From Terracidiphilus sp. (GTDB lineage: Bacteria; Acidobacteriota; Terriglobia; Terriglobales; Acidobacteriaceae), in NCBI GenBank assembly GCA_035642355.1, contig DASQSP010000212.1:1-59570 (forward strand): 59,570 nt of DNA, written 5' to 3'. Under the pieces are notes generated by a model. That model had not been told where the DNA came from. It searched no databases and was given only the letters and a program-made list of their open reading frames with translations. This document shows positions 22,280 to 31,594 of this stretch, piece by piece; positions within the stretch are counted from its first letter, which is position 1; the number at the start of each line of letters is the position of its first letter. The position numbers and the translations under genes are program-made.

Positions 22280-25200
22280 TTACTGGTTAATTACTACTGA
22301 GACCGCCGCCGTTTGAGTAATTGCAGCTCCGCCCGAGGTTGACGTAGATGTAATCGTCACGACCGCACTGCTTGCCGTTCCGGAGCCTGACCCATTGCTG
22401 CTATTGCTACTGCTGCCGCATCCGGTTGCCGAAAGCGCCAGCACCATGCCGAATAGCATCATCAGCGAAGTCCCGAGCACGCCAGCCATTCTCTTCCGTC
22501 GTCTCGGCCAGAACAGCAGCAGGGCCTGCGCTATAGCCAGTCCGCCTGCTATTCCGCCCCATGGATGCACGCTGCGGCGGTTCATCGCCGTCGCGCCCGT
22601 GGCGGTCGCGATGCTCACCTGCACAGAGCCGGTCTGCCCGCCTGTGAGCGACAGACCCGCGGCGGGATTAAAGGTGCAGGTTGCTCCCGTGGGAAGCCCC
22701 GAACACGTAGACGTGATGGTGCCGTTGAAGGTCGGGTTCGTGGCAAAGTTCAATGTCAAGCTGCCCGCCTGCCCGGACGTAACGTTGATGGTCTGCGGCG
22801 TGGCCGTGAGCGAAAACGACGGAGCGAGCGGTTGCACGACCAGGCTCAGCGCAGCCGAGGTGGCCGCCTCGTGGTTCGAGTCGCCGCTGTATGCGGCTGT
22901 GATGGTGTTGGTCCCAGCCGGCAGTCCCGACGCGGCAAACTCCACCGTGTTGCCGCCGCTCAGCGTAACGCTGCCCAATTGCGTTCCTCCGGAAGCGAAA
23001 GTCACACTTCCAGTTGGCGCCGGCGAACCCTTGGGTACACGAACAACCGCCTGCAACTGTGCGGTTCCTCCCTGCGCCACGGTGGCAGAGGCCGCGGTAA
23101 GGGCAACGGAACTGCCTCCCTGATTCACATAGACGGTGGAAACAAATCCCAGCCCGGGGCCTTTCGCCAGCAGATCGGGCAGCCCATCTCCGTTGAAGTC
23201 GCCCACCAGGCTGGCTGCTGCAAACGGACCTGAGGGCGGCTCCAGCACATTGATGGGCTCGCCAAACGTTCCGTTTCCGGCGCCGGGGAGAATGGAGAGA
23301 CCAAAATACTGGGTTGGCCCTGCCAGTGTCTGGAATACGGTGGCAATCAGCTCGGGCAGTCCGTCCCCGTTGAGATCGGCGTACTGCACGTCCGTGACTT
23401 CCGCACCGGGAGCAATCAAGACAGGCTGTCCAAACGAAAAATCACCGTTGCCCTGCAGCAATACGATTCCGACTGTGCTGGGATCCGGAGATTGTCCTGG
23501 AGTGGTAACGTCGCCCAGAGAAAGCAAGGTTAAATCCTGCTTTCCGTCTGCGTTGTAATCGCCAATTTGCATTCCGGTAATTTTCCAGGTGCTCAGCGCA
23601 GTCTTCGCATTTGCGATATCGAAGGTGCCATCGCCATTGCCCTGGAGGACGGTAATCAGGCTGGGCGTCGCACCGATATAAGATGTTGCGAGCCCATCCA
23701 ACACGGCCAGGTCCAGCTTGCCATCGCCATCGAAGTCGCTCAGGAGAACTTGGGCCACCGCGGAGCCATAAGGTGTGAATGTGACGTTGAATCCTCCCTT
23801 GCCATCCCCCAGACCAACAAAATAGCCAGACGTATTTCCGGCATACGACAACACGAAATCCAGATTGCCATCGCCATTGATATCTCCGATATCTACATTG
23901 CCATCCGAGGAGATCGACGCGGGCACGGGAAGGTCGAGCGGAATTGGCGCGCCAAGGGTTCCGTCCGGCTGGCCCAGGGCAACCGAAAGACCATTCGGCG
24001 TGAGCAGCAGGAGATCGAGGTGGCCGTCATTATTGAAATCGGCCAGCCTGGGCACAACGCCCTCCACGCCGGAACTAAACAAAATGGCAGCCGGGATGGC
24101 CGTTGAGAAACTGAATCCACCTTTGCCGTTGCTCAGGCCGAAGTCGATGTCCGGGGCCCCGGTCTGATTGGCATTCGTGTAATCGAGAGTCAGCACATCT
24201 GCCAGCCCATCGCTGTTCACATCGCCAGCCGCGAGCACCACGATGTTGCCTGCCAGATCGGTATTGCTGGGCGAGACCGCCGAAATATTGTTGGGCGCTA
24301 CCGCGCGCGGCGCCGTGAATCTTCCATTTCCCAATCCGTGAACCAGTAAGAAGGCGCCGTAGGCGCCGTCTGCCACGGGGACGTCGAGATTGCCATCGCC
24401 ATCGAAATCCGCGGGAGCCGGCTCCTGCGGGCTGAATGCCAGGCCTCCATTGAAGCTGTTGATGGCGAACTGCGCGTCAGGAGTTGCACTGAAGCCGCCG
24501 GTGCCGTTGCCGGGGTATACCGCCATCGAACCAGGGTTCGATATCAGGAGATCGGGTATGCCGTCGTTATTGAAATCGCCTACCTGCAACATTTGTGCGA
24601 ATTGTTGTAGTGGCAAAGTATTGCTCAGCACCGTGCTTGGCGCGCCAAACGTTCCGTCGCCAACGCCCAGCGCCAATTGGGCGGTTCCGTCGCCGGGGAG
24701 ATAAACCAGGTCCGGATGCCCATCGCCGTTCATGTCCGCAACCTGAAACGCGGGACCTTCCCCGCCGGAACCCGCGTTGAAGCTGAATGCGGATGCCGCC
24801 GTCTGCATCGGGCCAAAGGTGCCGTTTGCGCTGCCCAGGGCGACAGAGATGACCATCTGAGAGGTATCAGTATCGAAATATTCGAGCAGAGTATCAGGAT
24901 TCCCGTCCCCATTTACATCGCTCATCAAGACAAACTGACCAGGAACGAAGAAATTGTATTGCAGGAAATCCGGAACCGAGGTGTCGACCTCCGGGGAAGG
25001 AGTCAGGTTTCCGTGGCCGTCATTGAGAAACGTCTGTTCCGCAATCACGCTGGGAAAGCCTCCTGCAATTTGCACCGTCACCACATCGGGCTTGCCGTCG
25101 TGATTCACATCCGCAACCGCAATGCCGCCGCCTCCGCTACCGAACAAAGGATTGAAGCTTGCTCCCGCCGTGGACGAAACCGGCGTAAGGGTAACGTTGC

Positions 25201-25840
25201 CAAAGGTGCCATCGCCGTTGCTTAGAAAGACCAGCAGATTGTTGCCGAATTCGTCCACCGCAACGATGTCGTCGATGCCATCTCCGTTCAGGTCTCCCAC
25301 GCCGGCGGTAAGAATACTGGTAATGCCGGATGCAGGAGCACTCGAGTAGGAGCTGTTGCTGGAAGCAAGCGTGAAGTTGCCCTTGCCGTCACTGGCGAGC
25401 AGGTTCAGTGTTCCGTCTTGCTGAAGGGTGGCCACATCCAGAGAGTTCTGGTTGCGAAAATGCCCGGAGAGAGCCACAAAAAGCGGATTCCCATCTTGCG
25501 GCGCTGTTGCGGCGATATACGGCGTGGGGGAAAAGCCCGGGAAATTGGCAAGTCCGGCAAGGTACGGCTGCGCGGACACATTATTGGTTTTGGCGATAAC
25601 CCTGGGCTGCGCTCCGTTTGCCGGCTTCAAGTCGCTGAAGATTGCCAGGCGCCGAGGCTTGGGCATCGCTGCCGGCGTATTCTGCTGAGCCCGCAGCGCC
25701 GCGATACGGGCGCTCTTTTGATTGGGAGAGACCTGCGAAGCTCCTTGTGCGGAGCTATCCGTTACACCAAGGGCCAGGAAGAACGCGCATGTGAGCGCTC
25801 CAAGAAACTTCTGAAGAAAACGGGTCTGCATTGCTGTCAA
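22280..25840 (-). CDS. Large secreted FG-GAP/VCBS repeat protein with Ig-like (Big_3) domains
   Basis: Many DxNxDGxxD...GNGDGTF repeats; PTGSVTF...ITAAYSGDSNH Ig domain; C-terminal TM hairpin. Confidence 0.92.
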   Translation of the reverse strand: MTAMQTRFLQKFLGALTCAFFLALGVTDSSAQGASQVSPNQKSARIAALRAQQNTPAAMPKPRRLAIFSDLKPANGAQPRVIAKTNNVSAQPYLAGLANFPGFSPTPYIAATAPQDGNPLFVALSGHFRNQNSLDVATLQQDGTLNLLASDGKGNFTLASSNSSYSSAPASGITSILTAGVGDLNGDGIDDIVAVDEFGNNLLVFLSNGDGTFGNVTLTPVSSTAGASFNPLFGSGGGGIAVADVNHDGKPDVVTVQIAGGFPSVIAEQTFLNDGHGNLTPSPEVDTSVPDFLQYNFFVPGQFVLMSDVNGDGNPDTLLEYFDTDTSQMVISVALGSANGTFGPMQTAASAFSFNAGSGGEGPAFQVADMNGDGHPDLVYLPGDGTAQLALGVGDGTFGAPSTVLSNTLPLQQFAQMLQVGDFNNDGIPDLLISNPGSMAVYPGNGTGGFSATPDAQFAINSFNGGLAFSPQEPAPADFDGDGNLDVPVADGAYGAFLLVHGLGNGRFTAPRAVAPNNISAVSPSNTDLAGNIVVLAAGDVNSDGLADVLTLDYTNANQTGAPDIDFGLSNGKGGFSFSTAIPAAILFSSGVEGVVPRLADFNNDGHLDLLLLTPNGLSVALGQPDGTLGAPIPLDLPVPASISSDGNVDIGDINGDGNLDFVLSYAGNTSGYFVGLGDGKGGFNVTFTPYGSAVAQVLLSDFDGDGKLDLAVLDGLATSYIGATPSLITVLQGNGDGTFDIANAKTALSTWKITGMQIGDYNADGKQDLTLLSLGDVTTPGQSPDPSTVGIVLLQGNGDFSFGQPVLIAPGAEVTDVQYADLNGDGLPELIATVFQTLAGPTQYFGLSILPGAGNGTFGEPINVLEPPSGPFAAASLVGDFNGDGLPDLLAKGPGLGFVSTVYVNQGGSSVALTAASATVAQGGTAQLQAVVRVPKGSPAPTGSVTFASGGTQLGSVTLSGGNTVEFAASGLPAGTNTITAAYSGDSNHEAATSAALSLVVQPLAPSFSLTATPQTINVTSGQAGSLTLNFATNPTFNGTITSTCSGLPTGATCTFNPAAGLSLTGGQTGSVQVSIATATGATAMNRRSVHPWGGIAGGLAIAQALLLFWPRRRKRMAGVLGTSLMMLFGMVLALSATGCGSSSNSSNGSGSGTASSAVVTITSTSTSGGAAITQTAAVSVVINQ

Positions 25841-26110
25841 TCTCCAATCAAAATGTGATGCTGCAAATTCTGGAGAGACTTACAGAACATAGTTCACACT
25901 CTCCCTGTGGCGCGCCTAATCCTAACGGCAAGCGGAGATTTATTTCAATTAAATTTTATTTAGTGACAAAATAATGACAATTGTTTAATGTTGGATGCAA
26001 TAAGATTCTCGACTTGAATGATGGTCTGAGAAAAAATCGTTGCCAAAACGCAGGCGGCCATGTATTTCGATCATCTGTAAGTAAATTCCAACCGAAACTT
26101 CTGGAGAAAT

Positions 26111-29100
26111 ATGGCTCGCCAAATCTCATTCAACCGGTGTAAAGCCGCTCTCTTGCCCGTTCTCTGCCTGTTGGCGCCTTTCTGCCTGGTACCCACCGTC
26201 AGTGCCGCGGCACAAACCCAGCCATCCAGCACCGCACCTGCGCCGCTTATCACGCGGCCGATCGATGACACCCGTCTGGTAGAGCTCAAGGGCAACGTCC
26301 ATCCCGCCGTGCGCACTGCCACCGACCTTGGCCCCGCAAGCGACACCCTTGTGCTGCGCCGCATGATCCTGCTGCTCAAGCGGAGCCCCGCGCAGCAGGC
26401 CGCGCTCGACAAGCTGGTAGACAGCCAGAAGAACCCGAACTCGCCGCAATATCACAAGTGGCTTACGCCGGCCCAATTCGGCGCCCAGTTCGGCGTCACG
26501 CCGCAAGACATGTCAACCATCACGGGCTGGCTGCAATCGCACGGATTCACTGTGGAATCCGTGGCCAACGGCAAAAACGCGATCACCTTCTCCGGCACCA
26601 ACGCACAACTGGAATCGGCTTTTCATACCACCATACATCAGTACCGGAGCGCACCGTCCAAAGCGGTGCAAACGAATACGGCGCCCAGCGCAGTCGTCCC
26701 CCCCGTCAACTTGCTGCACTACGCCAACGCCACAAACCCCAGCATTCCCGAGGCTCTGGCTCCGGCGATCGCAGGCATCGTATCGCTCAACAATTTTCCC
26801 ATCGCGACGCAGAGCGTGGTGGCCGGCCTGGCCAGGCCACAGGCAGGCAGCAACAAGTGGCAGTTGACGCAAACCGTCAATCCCGCGCCGCAGTTCAACA
26901 CTTCCATCGGCACCGCGACTTATCACGCCGTCTCTCCCAGCGACTTTGCCACTATTTACAACGTGCAGCCGTTGTGGGACGCGGGCATTGACGGCACCGG
27001 GCAAACCATCGCCATTGTGAACCGCAGCAATATCAACCCGGCCGACGTAGACTCGTTCCGCAGCTTCTTCGGCCTCCCCGCCAAGCGCCTGAATGTCATC
27101 GTCAACGGGCCCGACCCGGGCCTGGTTCAGGGAGATGAAGGCGAAGCCGATGTCGACGTGGAATGGTCTGGCGCGGTCGCGAAAAACGCTACGGTGGATC
27201 TGGTCGTCTCCGCTTCGACGGCAGCCACCGACGGCATCGATCTTTCCGCGCTGTACATTGTCGACAACAATCTCGCCCCGATCATGAGCACCAGCTTCGG
27301 CGGCTGTGAGATGTTCCTGGGCAACGGTGGCAATCAGTTCTACAACGGGCTATGGGAGCAGGCCGCTTCCCAGGGCATCACGGCTCTCGTTTCCTCCGGC
27401 GATTCGGGTTCCGCCGCCTGCGACCAGAACAATCCGAACGGAGCAGCGCAAGACGGTTTTACCGTAAGCGGACTAGCTTCTACCCCATTCGATACCGCGG
27501 TTGGCGGCACCGACCTCTACGGCACGGAAATCAACCCTAACGCATACTGGAGCACCACCAACAATCCCACCACGCAGCAGTCCGCCCTGGGGTATATACA
27601 GGAACTGCCCTGGAATAACGGTTGCGGCAATCCGCAGCTTCTGGCCATCCTGCAAAATTTCGACGGCGTCACGGCCACTACCGGGGAAGCTCTATGCAGT
27701 TCCGGCCAGGAAAATTTTCTCGGCGTGGTAGGCGGCAGCGGCGGTCCCAGCAATTGCACCGTTTCCGACCCTCAAACCGCAACCTGCATCAGCGGCTACC
27801 CCAAACCCACCTTCCAAACCGGTGTGCCCGGCATTCCCAACGACTCCGCCCGCGATCTCCCGGACGTTTCGCTCTTCGCCGGCAATGGGCTCTGGGGAAG
27901 CTTCTATGTCTTTTGCGAGTCGGACGGAACACCTGACGGCCAGTGCGGCTTCAGCTCCGGCGACGCGGAGTACCTCGCTGTGGGAGGCACCTCAGTCTCC
28001 TCTCCCTCGTTCGCCGGCATCATAGCGCTGGTGGAGCAGAAGACCAATTCCATCCAGGGCAATGTGAACTACGACCTGTACAAGCTGGCCGCCGCGCAGT
28101 TCACGGCGGGCACCTCGTGCGACTCTTCCACGGTGTCCGACGGCAGTTCCTGCGTCTTTTATGACGTCGCGTCCGACTCCCAATTCAACCTTCCGGGCAG
28201 CAACGCGGTGCCCTGCCTCAGCGGCTATGCCGACTGCACGCCGACGAATCCGAACGATCTGTTCAGTGTTCTTCCCGGCTGGAATTCCACTCCCGGCTAT
28301 GACACCGCCACCGGTCTGGGTACCCTCAATGCCGCCAACCTGGTGAATACATGGAGCACGGCATCGGCAAACCTGACGGCAACAACAACCACGCTGGCGT
28401 TGAACTCCGCCAGCATTGCCTATGGATCGACAGGCGGCACGATCTCCGTCGCCGACAGCAACGGCAGCGGTTCCGGCGGCGCCATTCCGGATGGGGATGT
28501 CTCCCTGACCAATGCGCCCGGCAGCACGCCTACTTTGGGTATAGGCCCATTCACGCTTGACAGCGAAGGCTCGGCTACGTTTGCGACCTACACTCTCGCG
28601 CCTGGAACCTATTCGATCGTTGGGCACTATGCGGGTGACGCCACGTTTGCCGCGAGCAACTCGGCCGCGACCAGCCTGGTTATCACGCAGGCAGCCACGA
28701 CCGCGACCACAATCGCCAGCCGCACGGCCTTATCGACCGGCGAGAGCGTTACGCTGAGCACGACAATCAAAGACATTTCCGCCGGCCTTAACCCTACCGG
28801 CCTGGTCACCTACACCGATACGGCCAACGGCGTAACTCTGGGAAGCCAACTGGTGCTGCCCGCTACAGACAGCAATGGCAACTCGATCGGAACCGCAAGC
28901 ATCAACATTGCCGGCAAGCGCCTGAGCCAGGGCAACAACAGCATCGCGGCCACATATTCGGGAGATGCCAATTACGTCGCAGCCACCGCGGCGCCCGTGT
29001 CCATCTCCTATACCGGGCCGTTCTCGCTCACTTCGGCGAGTACGTCGGTCTCCATCACCTCCGGCAGTTCCGCCACCGCGGCTCTTACGATTGCGGCCAA

Positions 29101-29821
29101 TGGCGCTCCACTGCCTACCGCCGTTTCATTCTCCTGTCCCGCGGCTCCGGCAGGAATCACCTGCTCATTCAGCCCGGCCACCATTGCGGCAGGGGCTAGT
29201 TCCGGACAGTCCACTCTCACCATCAACGGAGTCTTTCCCGCCACTTCCACCAGCAATGTGCGCCGCGCCGCGGTCGCGCACAATACCCATGCCGGCCTCT
29301 TGACGGCAACCGGCGGCATCGCTCTGTCGGCCATGTGCCTCATGTTCGTGGCTCCGGGCAAGCGCCGCCGCTATGGGTGCCTGCTCCTCTGCATCACGGC
29401 GGCCATCTCCTTGGTTCCGCTCGGTTGTAACGGCAGCAGCGCGCACACACTTACCGCCACGTCAACCACGGTCGCGGCTACCCCGGCAAGCGGCGTGCAA
29501 GGCTCCACCTTCACATTCATGTCCACGGTCAGCGGTTCGAGCGGAACCGGGACGCCTACGGGGACGGTAACGTTCTCCGACGGCAGCTCGACGCTCGGCA
29601 TGGGCACGGTATCCAACGGCACGGCGAGCTTCAGCTCCACCACGCTGGCGCTCGGATCGCATTCCGTTGTTGCCACCTACAGTGGAGACACGAATTTCGC
29701 CCCCTCCAACTCTGGCACTCCAGCAACCGCCGACGTCCAGTACTCGGCCAACCTCACAGTGGCCGCGACGGATTCGCTCGGCAACACAACCAGCATTCAA
29801 ATTCCCGTCACCGTCCAGTAA
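26111..29821 (+). CDS. S53 (sedolisin-like) peptidase with pro-domain and Ig-like repeats
   Basis: YHKWLTPAQF pro-domain, EADVDVEW, SGDSG, GGTSVSSP, GYDTATGLG; three Big_3-type repeats. Confidence 0.93.
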   Translation: MARQISFNRCKAALLPVLCLLAPFCLVPTVSAAAQTQPSSTAPAPLITRPIDDTRLVELKGNVHPAVRTATDLGPASDTLVLRRMILLLKRSPAQQAALDKLVDSQKNPNSPQYHKWLTPAQFGAQFGVTPQDMSTITGWLQSHGFTVESVANGKNAITFSGTNAQLESAFHTTIHQYRSAPSKAVQTNTAPSAVVPPVNLLHYANATNPSIPEALAPAIAGIVSLNNFPIATQSVVAGLARPQAGSNKWQLTQTVNPAPQFNTSIGTATYHAVSPSDFATIYNVQPLWDAGIDGTGQTIAIVNRSNINPADVDSFRSFFGLPAKRLNVIVNGPDPGLVQGDEGEADVDVEWSGAVAKNATVDLVVSASTAATDGIDLSALYIVDNNLAPIMSTSFGGCEMFLGNGGNQFYNGLWEQAASQGITALVSSGDSGSAACDQNNPNGAAQDGFTVSGLASTPFDTAVGGTDLYGTEINPNAYWSTTNNPTTQQSALGYIQELPWNNGCGNPQLLAILQNFDGVTATTGEALCSSGQENFLGVVGGSGGPSNCTVSDPQTATCISGYPKPTFQTGVPGIPNDSARDLPDVSLFAGNGLWGSFYVFCESDGTPDGQCGFSSGDAEYLAVGGTSVSSPSFAGIIALVEQKTNSIQGNVNYDLYKLAAAQFTAGTSCDSSTVSDGSSCVFYDVASDSQFNLPGSNAVPCLSGYADCTPTNPNDLFSVLPGWNSTPGYDTATGLGTLNAANLVNTWSTASANLTATTTTLALNSASIAYGSTGGTISVADSNGSGSGGAIPDGDVSLTNAPGSTPTLGIGPFTLDSEGSATFATYTLAPGTYSIVGHYAGDATFAASNSAATSLVITQAATTATTIASRTALSTGESVTLSTTIKDISAGLNPTGLVTYTDTANGVTLGSQLVLPATDSNGNSIGTASINIAGKRLSQGNNSIAATYSGDANYVAATAAPVSISYTGPFSLTSASTSVSITSGSSATAALTIAANGAPLPTAVSFSCPAAPAGITCSFSPATIAAGASSGQSTLTINGVFPATSTSNVRRAAVAHNTHAGLLTATGGIALSAMCLMFVAPGKRRRYGCLLLCITAAISLVPLGCNGSSAHTLTATSTTVAATPASGVQGSTFTFMSTVSGSSGTGTPTGTVTFSDGSSTLGMGTVSNGTASFSSTTLALGSHSVVATYSGDTNFAPSNSGTPATADVQYSANLTVAATDSLGNTTSIQIPVTVQ

Positions 29822-29841
29822 CCGCGAAGACCTGCAACCCA

Positions 29842-29880
29842 GGCGGTATCTTCCTCATGGGAAGGTACCGCCATTTTCTT
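29842..29880 (+). terminator. Intrinsic terminator
   Basis: GGCGGTATCTTCC...GGAAGGTACCGCC followed by ATTTTCTTT. Confidence 0.7.
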
Positions 29881-29975
29881 TCCACTTGCTATTTGTCTAG
29901 CCAGCATAAATAATGCAAAATCGTGCATCTGCTGGCATCTCTTCAGAAACAGGACGTCGCTGCATCTATTTCCCT

Positions 29976-30536
29976 ATGATCGGAACGAAAAACACGAAGA
30001 TCGACAAGACAGACCTCCGAATTCTCGCTGAACTGCAAATGAACTCCGGTCGGCCCGTCTATGAGCTGGCTCATCGGCTTGGCCTCTCCATGGCTTCCTG
30101 TGCGCGACGTATAAAGCGCCTGGAAACGGCCGGCGTCATTGAGCGCTATGTTGCATTGCTGAACTCGGAGCAGCTTGACGTAGATCTCGATATATTCGTC
30201 AATATCCGCCTCAGCCGTCACATCCATAAAGAGAAGCAGGAGTTTCGTAACTTTGTGAGCACAATTCCGGAGGTGCTCGCCTGCTATTCGCTCACCGGCG
30301 ATTCCGATTTTCTGCTGCACATCCGTATCGCCGGCGTGAAGGAATTCAACGTCTGGATTGAGAAATATCTCACAGGTCTCCCGCATCTTTCCACCACGCA
30401 CTCCAGTGTTTGCCTGGAACGTCTTAAATTCACCACGGCTGTCCCGTTCAAAGCTGAAAATAGCGGGCCGCTTGGCAAGACGCCTAAAAGCAAATCTCCC
30501 CAGAAGAAGCCTGGCAGAAAACCAGCCAAAGCCTGA
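29976..30536 (+). CDS. Lrp/AsnC family transcriptional regulator
   Basis: DKTDLRILAELQ HTH, RIKRLE..GVI, TGDSDFLL RAM domain. Confidence 0.93.
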   Translation: MIGTKNTKIDKTDLRILAELQMNSGRPVYELAHRLGLSMASCARRIKRLETAGVIERYVALLNSEQLDVDLDIFVNIRLSRHIHKEKQEFRNFVSTIPEVLACYSLTGDSDFLLHIRIAGVKEFNVWIEKYLTGLPHLSTTHSSVCLERLKFTTAVPFKAENSGPLGKTPKSKSPQKKPGRKPAKA

Positions 30537-30814
30537 TGCTGAGCTTGCCCCCGCAAGACGACGCTGGCTGTGGCGCGTGAAGGTGCCATCACTCCGCCGC
30601 AGCCTGAGATCGCCCGGACTCCGAAGCAGGAGCAGAGCCGGGGCATGGATATTGGACTGAGTCTCTGACAACATCGGGAAAAGACGCGAACAACCGCCTG
30701 TCCGTCCCACTGTTTCAAGGGCATGGCAGCCAAATTGCGAAACTTGCGCAAATCCCGCACAGCCAAAAATCGCCACATTATCTATTACAAAATCACCGAT
30801 AAATGGAAATTTTC

Positions 30815-31594
30815 TCACCCTCGGGATGACATGGCTTGAGTTGACGAAGCCAACGGCGCGGTGGGCTGGCTGGCTAGTTCGGCGACGGCGGTACGGAGGC
30901 GGGCGGTCAGCTCTTCGGTCTGGCGGAGGGTCATGCCCTTGGTTTGGATGGGTTCGCCGACTGCGAGGGTTACCGGGCAGGGATGGAAGTGGTGGGTGTG
31001 GATGGGCAGCAGGTCATAGACGCCGCTGAGGCCGATGGGGACGAGCGGGACCTGGGCGCGGATGGCAAGGAAGGCTGCGCCGGCCAGAAATTCGCGGAGT
31101 TCGCCGGTGTTGGTGCGGCCGCCCTCGGGGAAGACGAACAGCGGCATGCCGGCGCGGAGGGCGCGGGCGCCGGCGCCGAGGCTGGAGAGCGAGGCGTGGG
31201 GATTGTCGGTGTCAATGGGGAGCTGGCCGGAGCGGTTGAGATGCCAGCCGATGAAGGGCAGTCCCCAAAGCTGCTTGCGGGCCAGGATGCGGAACTGGAA
31301 CGGGAGGGTCGCAAAAATGACCGGCGTATCCATATAGGACGTGTGGTTGGAGGCGTAGACGGCGACGGGGTGTTGGCGGAGGTTGGCCGCGCCGCGCACG
31401 GTGAGGCGCGCACCGGAGAAGAAGACACAGCCGCGGGCCCATACGTGGGCGATGGCGTGCTGCACGCGTCCGGGCTTGTCAAACAAGGAAGACAGCAGGG
31501 AGAGCGTGCCGCAGAGGGCGGTCCAGAGCAGGAAGAACGGTGCCCGGAAGACGTTGGAGCGGCAGCGGGCGAGGAACGGGAGCGGCCGGGTCAT
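30815..31594 (-). CDS. plsC: 1-acyl-sn-glycerol-3-phosphate acyltransferase
   Basis: NHTSYMD and FPEGGR motifs. Confidence 0.92.
   Translation of the reverse strand: MTRPLPFLARCRSNVFRAPFFLLWTALCGTLSLLSSLFDKPGRVQHAIAHVWARGCVFFSGARLTVRGAANLRQHPVAVYASNHTSYMDTPVIFATLPFQFRILARKQLWGLPFIGWHLNRSGQLPIDTDNPHASLSSLGAGARALRAGMPLFVFPEGGRTNTGELREFLAGAAFLAIRAQVPLVPIGLSGVYDLLPIHTHHFHPCPVTLAVGEPIQTKGMTLRQTEELTARLRTAVAELASQPTAPLASSTQAMSSRG

Noticed and set aside
29943-30818. 291-aa minus-strand ORF continuing the plsC operon
   Set aside because: Mostly antisense to the well-supported Lrp gene; no motif.
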